Shown here in pieces: positions 36,625 through 49,329 of a stretch of 64,000 nucleotides of DNA; positions within the stretch are counted from its first letter, which is position 1, and each line of letters begins with the position of its first letter. The position numbers and the translations under genes are program-made. Below the pieces are notes generated by a model, which ran no database searches, had not been told where the DNA came from, and saw only the letters and a list, made by a program, of their open reading frames with translations. Origin of the DNA: Nemertoderma westbladi (Eukaryota; Animalia; Xenacoelomorpha); contig JAUCBJ010009108.1 of NCBI GenBank assembly GCA_032718475.1, positions 62,001 to 126,000 on the forward strand, in the 5' to 3' direction.

Positions 36625-37961
36625 AAGCATGTTGGAATTAATACATTCTGCATAATTTTTTTATTATGAGTGGAATTTAGATTTACATTTCGTAGTTTCT
36701 AACTTTTTTATTATTTTTCAATTATAGACTTACCATCTAGATTTGTTATGTGGACTATATAGAGTTGTATATAATCATGTTAAAACCTATATATACGTAA
36801 ATATACTGCACATTATATAACTGCCTTTATATGTTTATTTTACTACCGCATCTTACATTATTTAACACTTAGCCAGATTGACTATGCTATTGGTCGGAGT
36901 TTGTTATGCCGACCATCGTCACCCCATCCCCCCCCCCCTAGATGACAGGTGTGGCTCTATTATCCTCCGAGGGTGTGGGCAACGGGCAACCCAATTTGCA
37001 GGTAATATGCTGGTGGGAGAATGATGATGCGGTATATTATCCTAACAAACAATGACCCTTACTTACGATAAGCGATTGGGAATAAGGGGAGAGTGAGTAA
37101 TGATCGTGACACTGTGACAGTGCAGTCATGCAGTAATATGTGCAATATTGATTGCACAGCTAGTTTTTGATTGTTTTTTTTTATTGATAAACATAATTGG
37201 AAGAATATAGATAATGACAATATTCCAGTGTAATCGATTACATTGATTGTTTACGATGGTGATGCATCTACCTCAACCTCAGGTACTATCACTGCGGTTC
37301 GAATGACGAGAGCAATGCAAGATTTCGAAATTATAATTTTTGGAATCATGGCAGTGAAGTGTCTCAAAAATGTAACCAGTTCGGCCTGTTGTACGTTACC
37401 CCCCCCCCCCCCCCCCCCCACCCCCCGGATTACGAGACAGAGGGGGGGGGGGGGGGGGGGGGGGGGGGGCTGGACTCAAATCCCAACTTGGCGAATTAAT
37501 ATCCCGCCTCAATGTTAAATTCTCAATTTAGGGAAAGGAGCAGGTTACAGTGGCACGTTAATTTAACCAAAACAATAAACTAAACACAATAGAACAGGTT
37601 ACAGTTTTATTTTTGAGAGTATTCAGCTGTTATTTGCGTCGAATTTCCCCTGTAGTGGGATGAATGTTTATTGCGTCCAGTTCCCCCCCTATCTGCGGAT
37701 TAAACATTGTTAAATAGCCCCTTTGTTAAATACACCGTTGTTTTTACGTTGGCTGGGAATGTAAAGTAAATAAAGATTGAGGCCGTAATATCCCAAGGCG
37801 AGCGTATAAGAATCTACTAATTATCTCGGAGTATTTAAGGGAAGCACTCCTCACTGAGGGTACAGGTAGACATATTAAACTCTCCCTAAATTTTTCCCCA
37901 TTACGGAGATGGGTTTGGTTAGGGTAAACAAGAAGGGGGTTCCTCCTATGTCCCAAAAATG

Positions 37962-38315
37962 CCCGCCCTATTCAGATTCACAATATTTACGCCGCGTAAT
38001 GGGGCCTGACACGACACGACACACGGATTGACCATGAATAATAAGCAGTTCCACAATGGGAGAGAAAGGGAATGAAAGAACCGATTCCGTAAGCTTCCAA
38101 ATTCATTATACCTGTAACCAACGTTCGGGTAAGATTAATAAGCGACATTTCTTGTTCCATTCTTTCCATTGTTCGTTCTTGTTTCATTTCCAAAAATGTT
38201 TAAGCTAAACCTCGCCCTATTCAGAATCACAATACGCCGCATAATGGGGCCTGACACGACACACGGATTGACCATGAATAATAAGGAGTTTCACAATGGG
38301 AGAGAACGGGAATGA
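37962..38315. repeat. Local direct duplication (~110-bp block, offset ~250 bp)
   Basis: CGCCCTATTCAGA..CGCCGC.TAATGGGGCCTGACACGACACGGATTGACCATGAATAATAAG occurs twice. Confidence 0.7.
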
Positions 38316-41300
38316 ATGGTGCGGATTCCTTACATTTTGGCTGCCAATTGTATTATACAGTTACTAATTGGCGACTGTCGCGTCGCATCTGATGGGCCAG
38401 ACAATACAGCATATTCAGCAGGTTCGACTTACAAAGTAAGCACCATGCCTCCAGCCAGTTGGCCCGGGTTTTTGGTTGCTTATCTAGGAGGAGAGGACAG
38501 AGGCGTAGTGAGCCCTTGTGGCGCCCATGGGAATGAAGCTGAGATGGGGGTGAGTACAAAACGAAGACCCAAGACCCTATGTACAATGTACAAAAAACAA
38601 AGATGTAAAGTCGCGTTAGGTCGCTAGTTACACAGGCGTGTTGGGGGAACTAAAACAATAAACGAAAGTTAACATGTTACAAGATTATGCAGGTCTTTAT
38701 AATTGGGTCTTTGTTTTGTACTCACTCGCTGAGATAGCGCCCCCCACCTCCCCGCAATTTTACATTAAAAAAAATTGGGCGAGTTATAGCGATTTTAAAA
38801 CGCAAAATTAGCAACATCGAAAAATAAGGGGTGTAAACACTACGCCGACAGCAGACAACAGCAAATATGAAAATGTAACCTGAGTTCGTGACTCTCGTAT
38901 ATTGTTTTGGTTAGAATAACCTTCTACTGTAACCTGTTCCTTTCCCTCAATTAATGAATAACATTAATTAGCTTTAATAATGGTTGTCGGCGTTGGTTGT
39001 TGGTAGTCGGTTGTCGGCGTAGCGTTTACAACAAAAAATAAGGCCGTTTCTGAAAACTGAATTTAGTGACGTCACGCATGGTCTTTTAGGCTTGACGTTT
39101 TCTAGATCTGGATATTTTGCCTTACAGTAATTCATAACTGCACAAAACCCAGGTGAGTAGCATTTTAATACACAGGTCCAGCTCACCAACAACAGAGTAC
39201 CATTGGATCCAATAGGAACCGATCGGATCCAACAGCTTCAAACACTTTCAGACAAACTCCAACAGTCAACTTCCAACTCCCATCATGTGAAGAATACCAG
39301 GATTCCACTCTGCGGTCGACTTTTTATTGTAATTTTATATGTGAAGATTTTTTATTTTTTTTAATTTATCTTTATAAACCAAATGTTGGTATGAAATTGT
39401 TAGGGTTCGCAGTTTATGTAACACACCTTGGACCTGGTAGAGAAACGGGTTGCCTCGCATTCGTTTAATTGAAACAATCACTAGGGTACTGTTGTATAAA
39501 CAAATTGCATTAATTCAAGTGAAGTCTGAGGTGATTCGACTCTGCGTGTTTAACAGTGTGAAATTAACAAATTTATAAGAAATTGTTTACTTTAGCTCTC
39601 TGGAATTGTATTTCGGTAAAGCTATATGGTTCTGTTTAAGCCGAGAGGAGAGGACCTTAGGAATGTGAACGCCGAATTCATTTACCTATGCTTTTCAATG
39701 GCAGCCAGATTGTCTGTGCGGCACTGCAGCGGGTAAACCGTTACTATTGTATTATACAAAGATAGCGGTAGGTATAAAGGAAGAGAAATACAGAGATCAC
39801 TAATTATTGGCTGTTCCCACAGGTTAGGTAGGTTTGAATGGTATGGCGCCAGCGTAGTCTGGCTATTAGCTACCTGGCTATATATCTTCTAGAGTTCCTC
39901 TAGAGGCTACAGGCGCATTCACCCAGTAGTAAATTAGAGGTCAGGATGTTGGAGTTGGTTGAGTCTGGAGTGATTGACAGGTTGATGGAAGTTGTGTTAT
40001 TCTGTTTGAAGATGACTGAATCTGTTGGAAGTGGCCCATGTGAAGAATACCAGACTTTCTGTCGTTATATTTCACTTTGCAATGACGTAATCTTTAACAT
40101 GACAACAGCCGAACAAGTTACAGGTATATAGCACACTAGTAATCGCCCTTTGATAATTGTGGATCACAATAATTGTGACTGTAAGTCCAAGTCCAGGTCC
40201 AGTTACAAATAAATGAAATGGTACATCCCAATGGAGTCACATAATATTACAATGCATGAGATAGATACCAGGAGCAAATTATTATTTTTTAATTATTGTT
40301 ACAATTCCAAATAGTATTGAGCACTTAACAGTAAAAAGTTACCTTTAGGAAATCTGCCAAGAAATAATAATTATAGGCCCACAAAGTGAAGTGGCCCCAT
40401 TAGAGTTACATAAAGCCAAACTTGGGAAAGTCATTAAAAAAATTGGACTTTAGTCGAAAATAGATATATTAGCCGTAAATTAGGCAACTATGGGTATGTT
40501 TTTCTTTTGCATCGAGGTAAATTATCTCCACTTCTGGTCATCTTCTATGTGTATGCATGGAATACTGTGTATGCTTTTTATTTGTTCTATTTATGTATTT
40601 AGATTTGTATATTTGTTTACATACATATGAACAGTAGGCCTATACTGTTTATAATTATAGTGTTTTTAGGATATTGGCGATTCAAAGGCGAAAGTGCACT
40701 TTTTGGGCTAGAATTCCTATTTCTTGCTCCAATTGAGGTGGGTCAGATAGAAAATTAAAACACAAAACCATATAAATTCTTAGAATACAAGATATAATTA
40801 AGATTAAGTAAATAAAGGCTGTGTTTAATGTAAGGTTCTTTACAACAATTGTCGTTGCTACGTGTACGCCCTGTGTGAGAGAATCATCCGACGATCATCA
40901 TCATATCCGATTAGAAGCTTGTCAGCTGGTCAGAGTATACTGTAGGCCTAAAATAATGACCGTGAGAAGTTTTATATAGAGCGGCTTTCATTGCTGCGGG
41001 TCAATGTCATTGTTATTCCCTCAATACTTAAATTATCAAACAGCAGTTCGGGGGCCTTGGATTCTTATACCCAGAAACGAAACCGATGAAGCATACCCAT
41101 TATTGCGGTAACAGCTGCTACAGTACTTTATAACAATGAATACGTATAATCATTCCCATATACTTTATATTCTTGTCACAGATAGCAGTACACATGGTGT
41201 ACTACTGTCCTGTATGTGTGACATTTTACTGGTCTTTGATTGGTCAGTAAATTTGCATTGTGTCAACAATGGAAGCAGGACAATTCGGTCCCGGACAATT

Positions 41301-41692
41301 CGGTTCGGACAATTCGGTCCCGGACAATTCGGTCCCGGACAATTCGGTCCCATTAATTTTGTGTTTTGGGACCGAATTGTCCGGGACCGAATTGTCTGGA
41401 TACTGACTAGGACAATTCGGTCCCAAAACATGCATATAATGGAACATAATTGTCCGGGACCGAATTGTCCGGGACCGAATTGTCCAGGACCGAATTGTCC
41501 GGGACCAAATTTAATTGGTAATATATAATGGAGAATGTTCTAGAACCTTAATATATATTATTATATGGTAGCTAGTGTTTTTTTTTACTAGCTACTGTAG
41601 TATTTTTTTAAAAATTAAAAAAATTTACTTTTCTTTGTTAACATTATTATTTATGATAATTGAAAGTACCGACATACTGACTAATATATACG

Positions 41693-41940
41693 GTATACTG
41701 CACAAAAGCTAAGCCTATATTCTATAGAAAAATATATGACATTTTGTCGCCGTAATGGGGTAGGACTCAGGCAAAAATAATTATATTTTTGCCTGAGTTC
41801 TACTATTAAAAATAATTATATTTTTGCCTGAGTTCTACTATTAAAAATAATTATATTTTTGCCTGAGTCCTACCCCTTTACGGCGACAAAATGTCATATA
41901 TTTTTCTATAGAATATAGGCTTAGCTATTGTGCAGTATAC
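41693..41940. mobile_element. Palindromic MITE with ~90-bp arms
   Basis: GTATACTGCACAAAAGCTAAGCCTATATTCTATAG... and its near-perfect reverse complement. Confidence 0.8.
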
Positions 41941-42101
41941 TACCGGTATCATTTAGTGTATGGCGGTTAGGTTTTAGGGTTAGGGTGCGATACATACCTG
42001 TATGTTGAGCATGTTTCAATATATTTGTTCATGTCGTTTTTGTTTGTATTGTTTGTGTTGTTTTTTGATGGCCTTAGGGCTGAGTACTACTTAGGGCTTA
42101 A

Positions 42102-45058
42102 CCCTATTACCACTGGGGTGTTTTGACCATTAGCACCACTGGGGGGGGGGGGGGGGGGCGATTCGGCCCACCCACTATATTTTTGTAGTCGTCCAATGAA
42201 ATCCTACAAAATTTGGGCTGTTGGTGAAACAACTATACAGTAGATGAACACTACCAAACCTTAAAAAATTAAAATTTCATAAGCAGGGTCTCATAATTTT
42301 GATGAAAAATAAAAGTAGTCCCAGGACAAAATTACAAAATTTTTCGTTTTCTAAAAACTAATAGTGTGGCAGTGTTGGCTAGATTTAGTAGGTTTTTCAA
42401 GACGCTGAATCGAATGTGATTATATTCCACTTCCAAAAATTGAAGTGGATGCTATTTTTCGTGCACCTAAGAAGTGGGCGTGGCACTTCAAATTTTGAAA
42501 AATTAGATATTCAGAAAATGCCCCTAATTTTTTTATTTCAACGCATCTTTATGGGTTTTCTGGGCCGCTAAATCGATTGAAAGTAATATAGAAGCCTGAA
42601 GACTGAGTGGTTCGCCATTTTTGGTGCACCAAAATTAGGGCGTGGCACTTCAAATTTTGAAAAATACGAGATTCGGAAAATAAACCAAAATTGAAATTTT
42701 AACGAATTTATATAGGTTTTCCAGACCGCTGAATCGATTGAAAGTAATATAGAAGCCTGAAGACTTAGAAGTTAGCCATTTTTTGAAATCAAAACTTTAG
42801 TGTTTTTTCCGAAAAAAGTAATTTTGAAAATTTGAAGTGCCACGCCCTAATTTTGGTGCACCGAAAATTACGTACACAAAGGATTTGAGGCTTCTATATT
42901 ACTTTCAATCGATTCAGCGCTCCAGAAAACCTATAAAATTAATTTGAAATCAAAACTTTAGTGAATTTTCCGAAACTCGTATTTTTCAAAATTTGAAGTG
43001 CCACGCCCTAATTTTGGTGCACCAAAAATGGCGAACCACTAAGTCTTCAGGCTTCTATATTACTTTCAATCGATTCAGCGCTCCAGAAAACCTATAAAAA
43101 TGCTTTGCAAATCAAAACTTTAGTGTATTTTCCGAATCTCGTATTTTTCAAAATTTGAAGTGCCACGCCCTAATTTTGGTGCACCAAAAATGGCGAACCA
43201 CTACACTTACATACTTGTATAGAACATTAGAGTGATCCAAACCAATAAAAATAAATAAAAATACCCCAAACATAAATAATTACTAAATCACGAATGACTT
43301 TGTAAAATTCGAAAATTTCAAAAAATTTGGTGCTGGAGACCAAATTTTGAGGTGGCACCCACATCGAAAAGTAGAAATCCAATTGCAACGGCGTTTTTTG
43401 CAAAAGATGCGGCATTAAATTTGGCTAATTCTCACAAAAAATTGGGCCGGTACGTAATGTGGTTGCATACAGTCCCAATCCCAATAAACATTAACTTGGT
43501 CGTTTTGGCGGCCAAAATGACCAAAATCGCCAAAAAAAATGTAGTGTATTCCTATGGGCTACTTGGTCGTTTTGGCGAAGCGATTTAACTCGACTCAAGT
43601 CAAGTCCAGACAGCCCGTCTCCTTGGACATCCATTTGGTTGCTCTGACTAAATGTCGGCTCGCTTTCATTTTTATTATTGACAGATTGTTAACTTACCTG
43701 GAGCTGAGTCGGGCCTTTCAGTTGTAGTAAAGACCACCCACTGAGGCATTGATACAGCACAGGCTAATACGTAATAAGGGAGTTAGTTGAATGCGGCTTT
43801 GTTAAAAGGAGGAGTATGTATAATAATCGGATTTTGTGTGTTATTATTAGATAATCATTTCTCACCTTTTCCTTTGTGTAGCTTCAGTTTAGAGTCATTA
43901 TGAAATGGCAACGTGTTCTGTATGAAGGCGTCCTAATTATAGTTTTATAGTTAGAAGCTGGGTCTGTGACAGGGCGAGAGGTAGCTATTAAATAGCGACA
44001 CTCAGTCTCGAACGAGTTCGGTATACTGATGAAATTCAGATTAGACGGCGCGGCCTATTTCTAGTAGCTGGGTCTGAATTCGAGGGCGATAGTAACTGAA
44101 AACATTATAATATCAGGCTCTGGCTCTGTGCTAACAGTCAACAGAGTCGGCATATTTGGGTGAATTTATGATGATGTAATTATTATTTATCGAGACAGGG
44201 GGGGGGGGGGGGGGGGGGGGAACTGGACGCAAAACTCGCCTTGGCGAATTAATATCCCGCCTCAATGTTAAATTCTCAATTTAGGGAAAGGAGCAGGTTA
44301 TAGTGGCATGTTATTTTAACCAAAACAATAAATTAAACATAAATGAACATTACAGTTTTATTTTTGAGAGTAATCATCTGTTATTTACGTCAAATCTCCC
44401 CTGGAGAGTGATGAATTTTTATTGCGTCCAGTCCCCCCCCCCCCCTCTCTAACTGTATTTATGAGAACATTTATATTATAGCGTACTAAACAGCTAAATA
44501 AAGAAAAATCTATGTAAAGTATTTTTCTCATATTTTAAATAATTTTTACAAATTAAATATATGAACTTGTTATTTTTATTACCAATCGAAAAGAATTAAA
44601 GTAAATAATTAATTATTACGCTGCAAGTGCTAGCACACTGCTTATAACCTAAGTGACAGGTAAAGGTGTGTTAATTATTAGATTAGTAAAAAATATGTAG
44701 AAAATAATAAGTTAGGGCGGACGCCTCACACTGCACTCTTACAGGCATGTTTACTACAGTGGCGAGCCCAGCCGTTACTACACTGGAGCCTTTCTCTCTA
44801 CCTAAAGGTAGAGAGAACTCTACCTCAGGGCCAACATGCTGGGCTTTACTTAAACTCAGCCTGTATTCACTGGCTGTGATTGACAAGCCAACGTGCCGCA
44901 GCAGTTCCTTTCATGAATACCGCAGTTTTTACTTGGCCATTTTGGTAATTTTGGCCGCCAAAATGGCCAAGTTAATGTTTATTGGGATTGGGACTGTAGT
45001 TACAGCAACTAAAAACTAGGAAGGGGCCGATTCGGCCCCCCCCCCAGTGCTAATAGGG
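42102..45058. mobile_element. Non-autonomous piggyBac-like element
   Basis: TTAA|CCCTATTA.CACTGGGG ... CCCCAGTGCTAATAGGG|TTAA; internal tandem and inverted repeats of roughly 160-180 bp at 42390-43200. Confidence 0.8.
43470..44996. mobile_element. Non-autonomous Tc1/mariner-like element, copy 2
   Basis: Same TIRs and TA TSD as 23913-26621; highly similar internally. Confidence 0.87.
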
Positions 45059-46289
45059 TTAATGTCCTGATCCTATGTTTTTTGTTAGTTTAAGGGGTGT
45101 AAGACTTTAGTGTTTACCCATTTATTATAATTATTATTTATGGTAGCTATGGTGTTTTTATGGAGCTTGTGAATTATTTACTAGCTACAGTAGTAATAGT
45201 ATGTACAGTATTTAAAATGTTTAAAACTGATTTGTTTTATATACTGCGTAAGTATACTGTATGTGTTGTTGGTTGGTTAACAAGCCTAAATTATTATCCT
45301 AGATAATAGTTGGATCTCATTCAGGGACTGTTATAATATCATCAATATTTTTGGTAATTAATATAATCAACAACAGTTTAGGCCTAATTCTGAAATACTG
45401 TATCAATGTTTTCACAAGTGTTTTTATAATTTCAAGGAAATGCTAGCTAGTAAAAAAAAACACTAGCTACACCTTAATAAATAATATATAATAATGTTCT
45501 CGAACACTACCAATAACAAAAATAAAAAAAGTACAGTATTTTTAAATTTCAAAAAATTCTAGCACGTAAAAATAACACTAGCTACCATAAAAAATATCTC
45601 TACTAATGTTCTCGAACATTCATCAATATCAAAAAAGCACTAAAAAGTTGCTATCAGGAACCGGACAATTCGGTCCCGGACAATTCGGTCCCGGACAATT
45701 CGGACCCGGTCAATTCGGCCCCGGACAATTCGGTCCTAGGACAATTCGGTCCCGGACAATTCGGTCGCGGACAATTCGGTCCCGGACAATTCGGTCCCAT
45801 TTATTTAGTGTTTTGGGACCGAATTGTCCGGGACCGAATTGTCCGGGACCGAATTGTCCGGACCGAATTGTCCGGGACCGAATTGTCCGGAACCGAATTG
45901 TCCTACATCCATTTGGATGTAGGACAAATTTGGATGTATCCCTGTTTGGATTTGTATCCATTTTTTCATTTCATCATTTGGAAAAATGAACTTACTGCAA
46001 GGATACAGCTTATCGAATCAGTGTTTGTTATTTTTCACAAATTGTCAACCTGTGGTATTGATGGCGTGTGACTCAGTGACTCCAGTTGTAGTCAAGGTCC
46101 ATGAATGCTTAGTCCTAATACATCCCAACATAGGACTATTATTATATGGATGATTTCAGAATCAGCCGTATTTGGTCCGTAATCTTTATGGACTTCTTCG
46201 AGAACTTCGGTACTTTTCGTACTTTTTCGATATTTAATGCAATTCGTTTGGTGTGGTTGGACGTGGTGACGTCCATCAATCCGGGTGGT

Positions 46290-47420
46290 CAAATAGAAAC
46301 CGAACTCTATAAAACATTATAATGCAGGTTTAATGCTTAATTTTAATAGCCGACACCCTCGCCTATAGTTATCAGAAATTCCGCCTTGAGTAGGCCTACT
46401 ATCCAGTGGTCCATAAATAGAAGTAGTACACCAGATGCCCAGTCGCGTGCTTTTGCCCGCGTAACCAACATTCTAGTACGCAACGACTATCCAACCCACT
46501 TGATTAAAGAACTCAATAATACCGCACTCTCCCAGCACAGAAATACCCCAAGACAACGCACACCACCACAGATCATAGGCTACTTGCACCACTTAGGTTG
46601 CCTATCATAAACAATACACAGTAGAACAAATAATACGCAAAATTATTAAGCATTCCATTTTCGTCCCCCGCACCAGAGTTGTGGGCGAAGCTGGCCTCAA
46701 GATTAAAGACTTACTCATTCGCTACGCACTAACTCAACCCCATTTCACCCCATCCCCCCCCCCCCCCCCCCACCCCACACGCCCCGTGTCCTATACATGT
46801 ACGAGTGGGATTACAAACTACCCTTACCAAAAATGTGGTGTACCAATTTACCTGCAAACTTTGCCCTGGGGGCTACATTGGGGAAACTGTGGGACCAGTT
46901 CGCGACCGCCTCAGAACGCACCGTAACGCTGTACGTAGGAAAGACCCCGACGAGACTGCATTCGCTACACACTTCCTTACTTTGCACCCCGCACAACAAC
47001 ACATACCCGTCCCATTCTCTGCTCGTCTGCTTCGACGCTGTGCAGGGACTGGGCGGACATTAAACTCGCAGAGAAGTCGTACATTAGGGAAATGTCCCCT
47101 AGCATAAACATACAGTATGGAGACCCATGGGAACACCTCTGTTGGTAAAGTATGCACACACACAACATTACCCCCATTCCCCAAATTTCCTCCCGCATAA
47201 TTACCACGCACCCCCCCCTCCCCCCACCCCCTCACCCCCATCATATTTGTACTCTGGTTTATACAGTAGTTAGACTACCTACCTAGCACTACCCTACCAG
47301 TCATCCTGTAGTGTCTTTTACTGCAACTGTCATTTCGGTGTTTAAACATACTGTATATACTGTACGTTGAATAAAGGCTTGTTGGCCGCAATATACGGTA
47401 CGTCATTAATGTAATTATTC
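46290..47420 (+). mobile_element. Penelope-like element 3' fragment (RT thumb and GIY-YIG endonuclease)
   Basis: KNVVYQFTCKLCPGGYIGET..RLRTH..AFATH at 46805-47107; upstream GLMLNFNSRHP and ILVRNDYP; frameshifted. Confidence 0.85.
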
Positions 47421-48605
47421 TTGGTCATTTTTGGTCTTACTTAATTTGCTTCAAATATGCACGTTCCACAATATGTGTTTCTACTGTATAACTACAACAT
47501 ATGAGATCTACAGTCGAGTTTTTATTATTGATATTTAAGTGAATAAATTGCTTCCTCATAGATTACTGTATGTTCCGTCATAAGCCGAAATTTAAGCCGA
47601 AATAAGTATTTTCTTAATTACAGTATTTGTAAATACTGTATGTATGTAGTTAACAAAGTAGGCATTTACAGAAGATTATATTTCAGAAGAATATTAAGCG
47701 GAGACTCCCACCCTAGGTGTCAAGTTTCCCCGCATTAGGGAGACATTGAACTATTAAAAAAAAATTATTAAAATTTTATTAATTTTTACCTCATTTTGTA
47801 TTTTTAAAAATACGTTTTTATGTTCGTAGTTTGTTATTTAAAAAGAAACAGTAGTAAAATAATATGAATGCTGCAATTTTTTTCTGTTCTAGAACATTAG
47901 TAGATATGTTTTTTTATGGTTTTTATGGCTCGTGTTTTATTACTAGCTAGTATTTTTTGTAATTATAAAAAAAGTGAAAATATTGAAATATCATGTTTAA
48001 ACTGTTGCAAAATATATTAATGACAAAAAAATATTGAGGATATTATACTGTAGCAGTTCACATTTTTTGTATGGTAACAATGATTTATGTTTAAAAAATG
48101 TAGTTTTTTTAATTACTAGCAATTTTAAATTTGAAAAATGAGTAGCTATATTTTCTAGAACATTATATTTTTTATTTTATTTAAATTCTAGAATAGTGTA
48201 TAACAATTATATTTTATTCTAGAGTGTAAATACTCTAAGCTTTCTATATTAAACCAGCGAAATTGGTATTTTGCGTTGCTCTGGAAACTAAATTGTAACT
48301 ACAGTATATATAAGTGAATTCTTCTGTCATGCGATAGACATTAGAGTAAAGTTTGTCTGCTCCAAATTTGGAGAAAATCCCACCAATAGACCCCTTGTTG
48401 CTATGTAAAATCCATGTTGTTAAGGAAAGAAACAGGAAATTGAAAGTGATCCGCATAATATACTGTATTTTTATAGACTTTTTTGGGGGTATTAACAAGA
48501 GAATGTAGAATAATAAAAATAGGTCTGATTGAATTGTGATTTGTTATCAAAATGCATTTCGTTTTCCAGTAAATGGGTAAAACCTGATATTAATACTGTA
48601 TAATT

Positions 48606-49061
48606 GCGCCAGACCGTCCCACGGACATCTTGCCCCACCCACAGGGTTGGTTGGCATTAGGTTCATATAGGGCCAGTCGGGACTCCGCCAGAGTAGTAAA
48701 GCCGCCACTTGGCTGACTGGTAATAGGAATGGAAATCAGAAGATAGGCTATAATCCAATCGTATAATAAAGCGATAGACAGGGTGGTAAATATCCTGCTA
48801 TGGTAATGGTAGGTAACTACTGTAACTAGGTGAGGTAAAGCCTACAACCGTAGGTACTCAACGGACCAGGGATATAGGCCGTGAGGTGTAGTACCGGTAA
48901 GGGTGCGATCTGGCAGTCAGGATCTCACTCGGCACAGGTACGTCCGACTCAGACCGGGACTCACAGATAAGGCTACCAGTAGGTCCCGACTGGCCCTATA
49001 TGAACCTAATGCCAACCAACCCTGCGGGGTGGGGCAAGATGTCCGTAGGACGGTCTGGTGC
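48606..49061. mobile_element. TIR element (~77-bp TIRs) containing an LTR-like fragment
   Basis: 48606-48683 is inverted to 48983-49061; 48858-48965 matches 51558-51665. Confidence 0.7.
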
Positions 49062-49329
49062 GACCTCCTTCGACCTTTTCACCTTTCTATTCTGGTGGCA
49101 CTGCACAACACAATATCAAATCACTATCAATCAGACTAATATTGACACAGCTACACCATTCCTGCTCCATCATCCTCATTACTACATCCACTCAGTTTGA
49201 ACGACTTACGTCACGTTTTAAAATATAAGTTTGTGAAATGAATCACTAGTGACACAATTAACTTTCTGTTTCAGTTGTTCAGTCTGGCCGACTTTACTAT
49301 CAGTTTTAAAGCTAAGTAGGCTCAACACT

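Larger units (their letters stand above)
41271..45910. mobile_element. Foldback/MULE-like element with GGACAATTCGGTCCC 15-bp subrepeat TIRs
   Basis: Arrays at 41278-41510 and 45660-45903; ends GGAAGCAGGACAATT / AATTGTCCTACATCC; no TSD found. Confidence 0.65.

Noticed and set aside
41965-42100. Interstitial telomere (TTAGGG)
   Set aside because: Only a few scattered units.
47355-47410. Hammerhead ribozyme in the Penelope 3' region
   Set aside because: A stem II-like GGC..GCC is present, but the CUGANGA and GAAA core is degenerate (TTGAATAA, GCAA).
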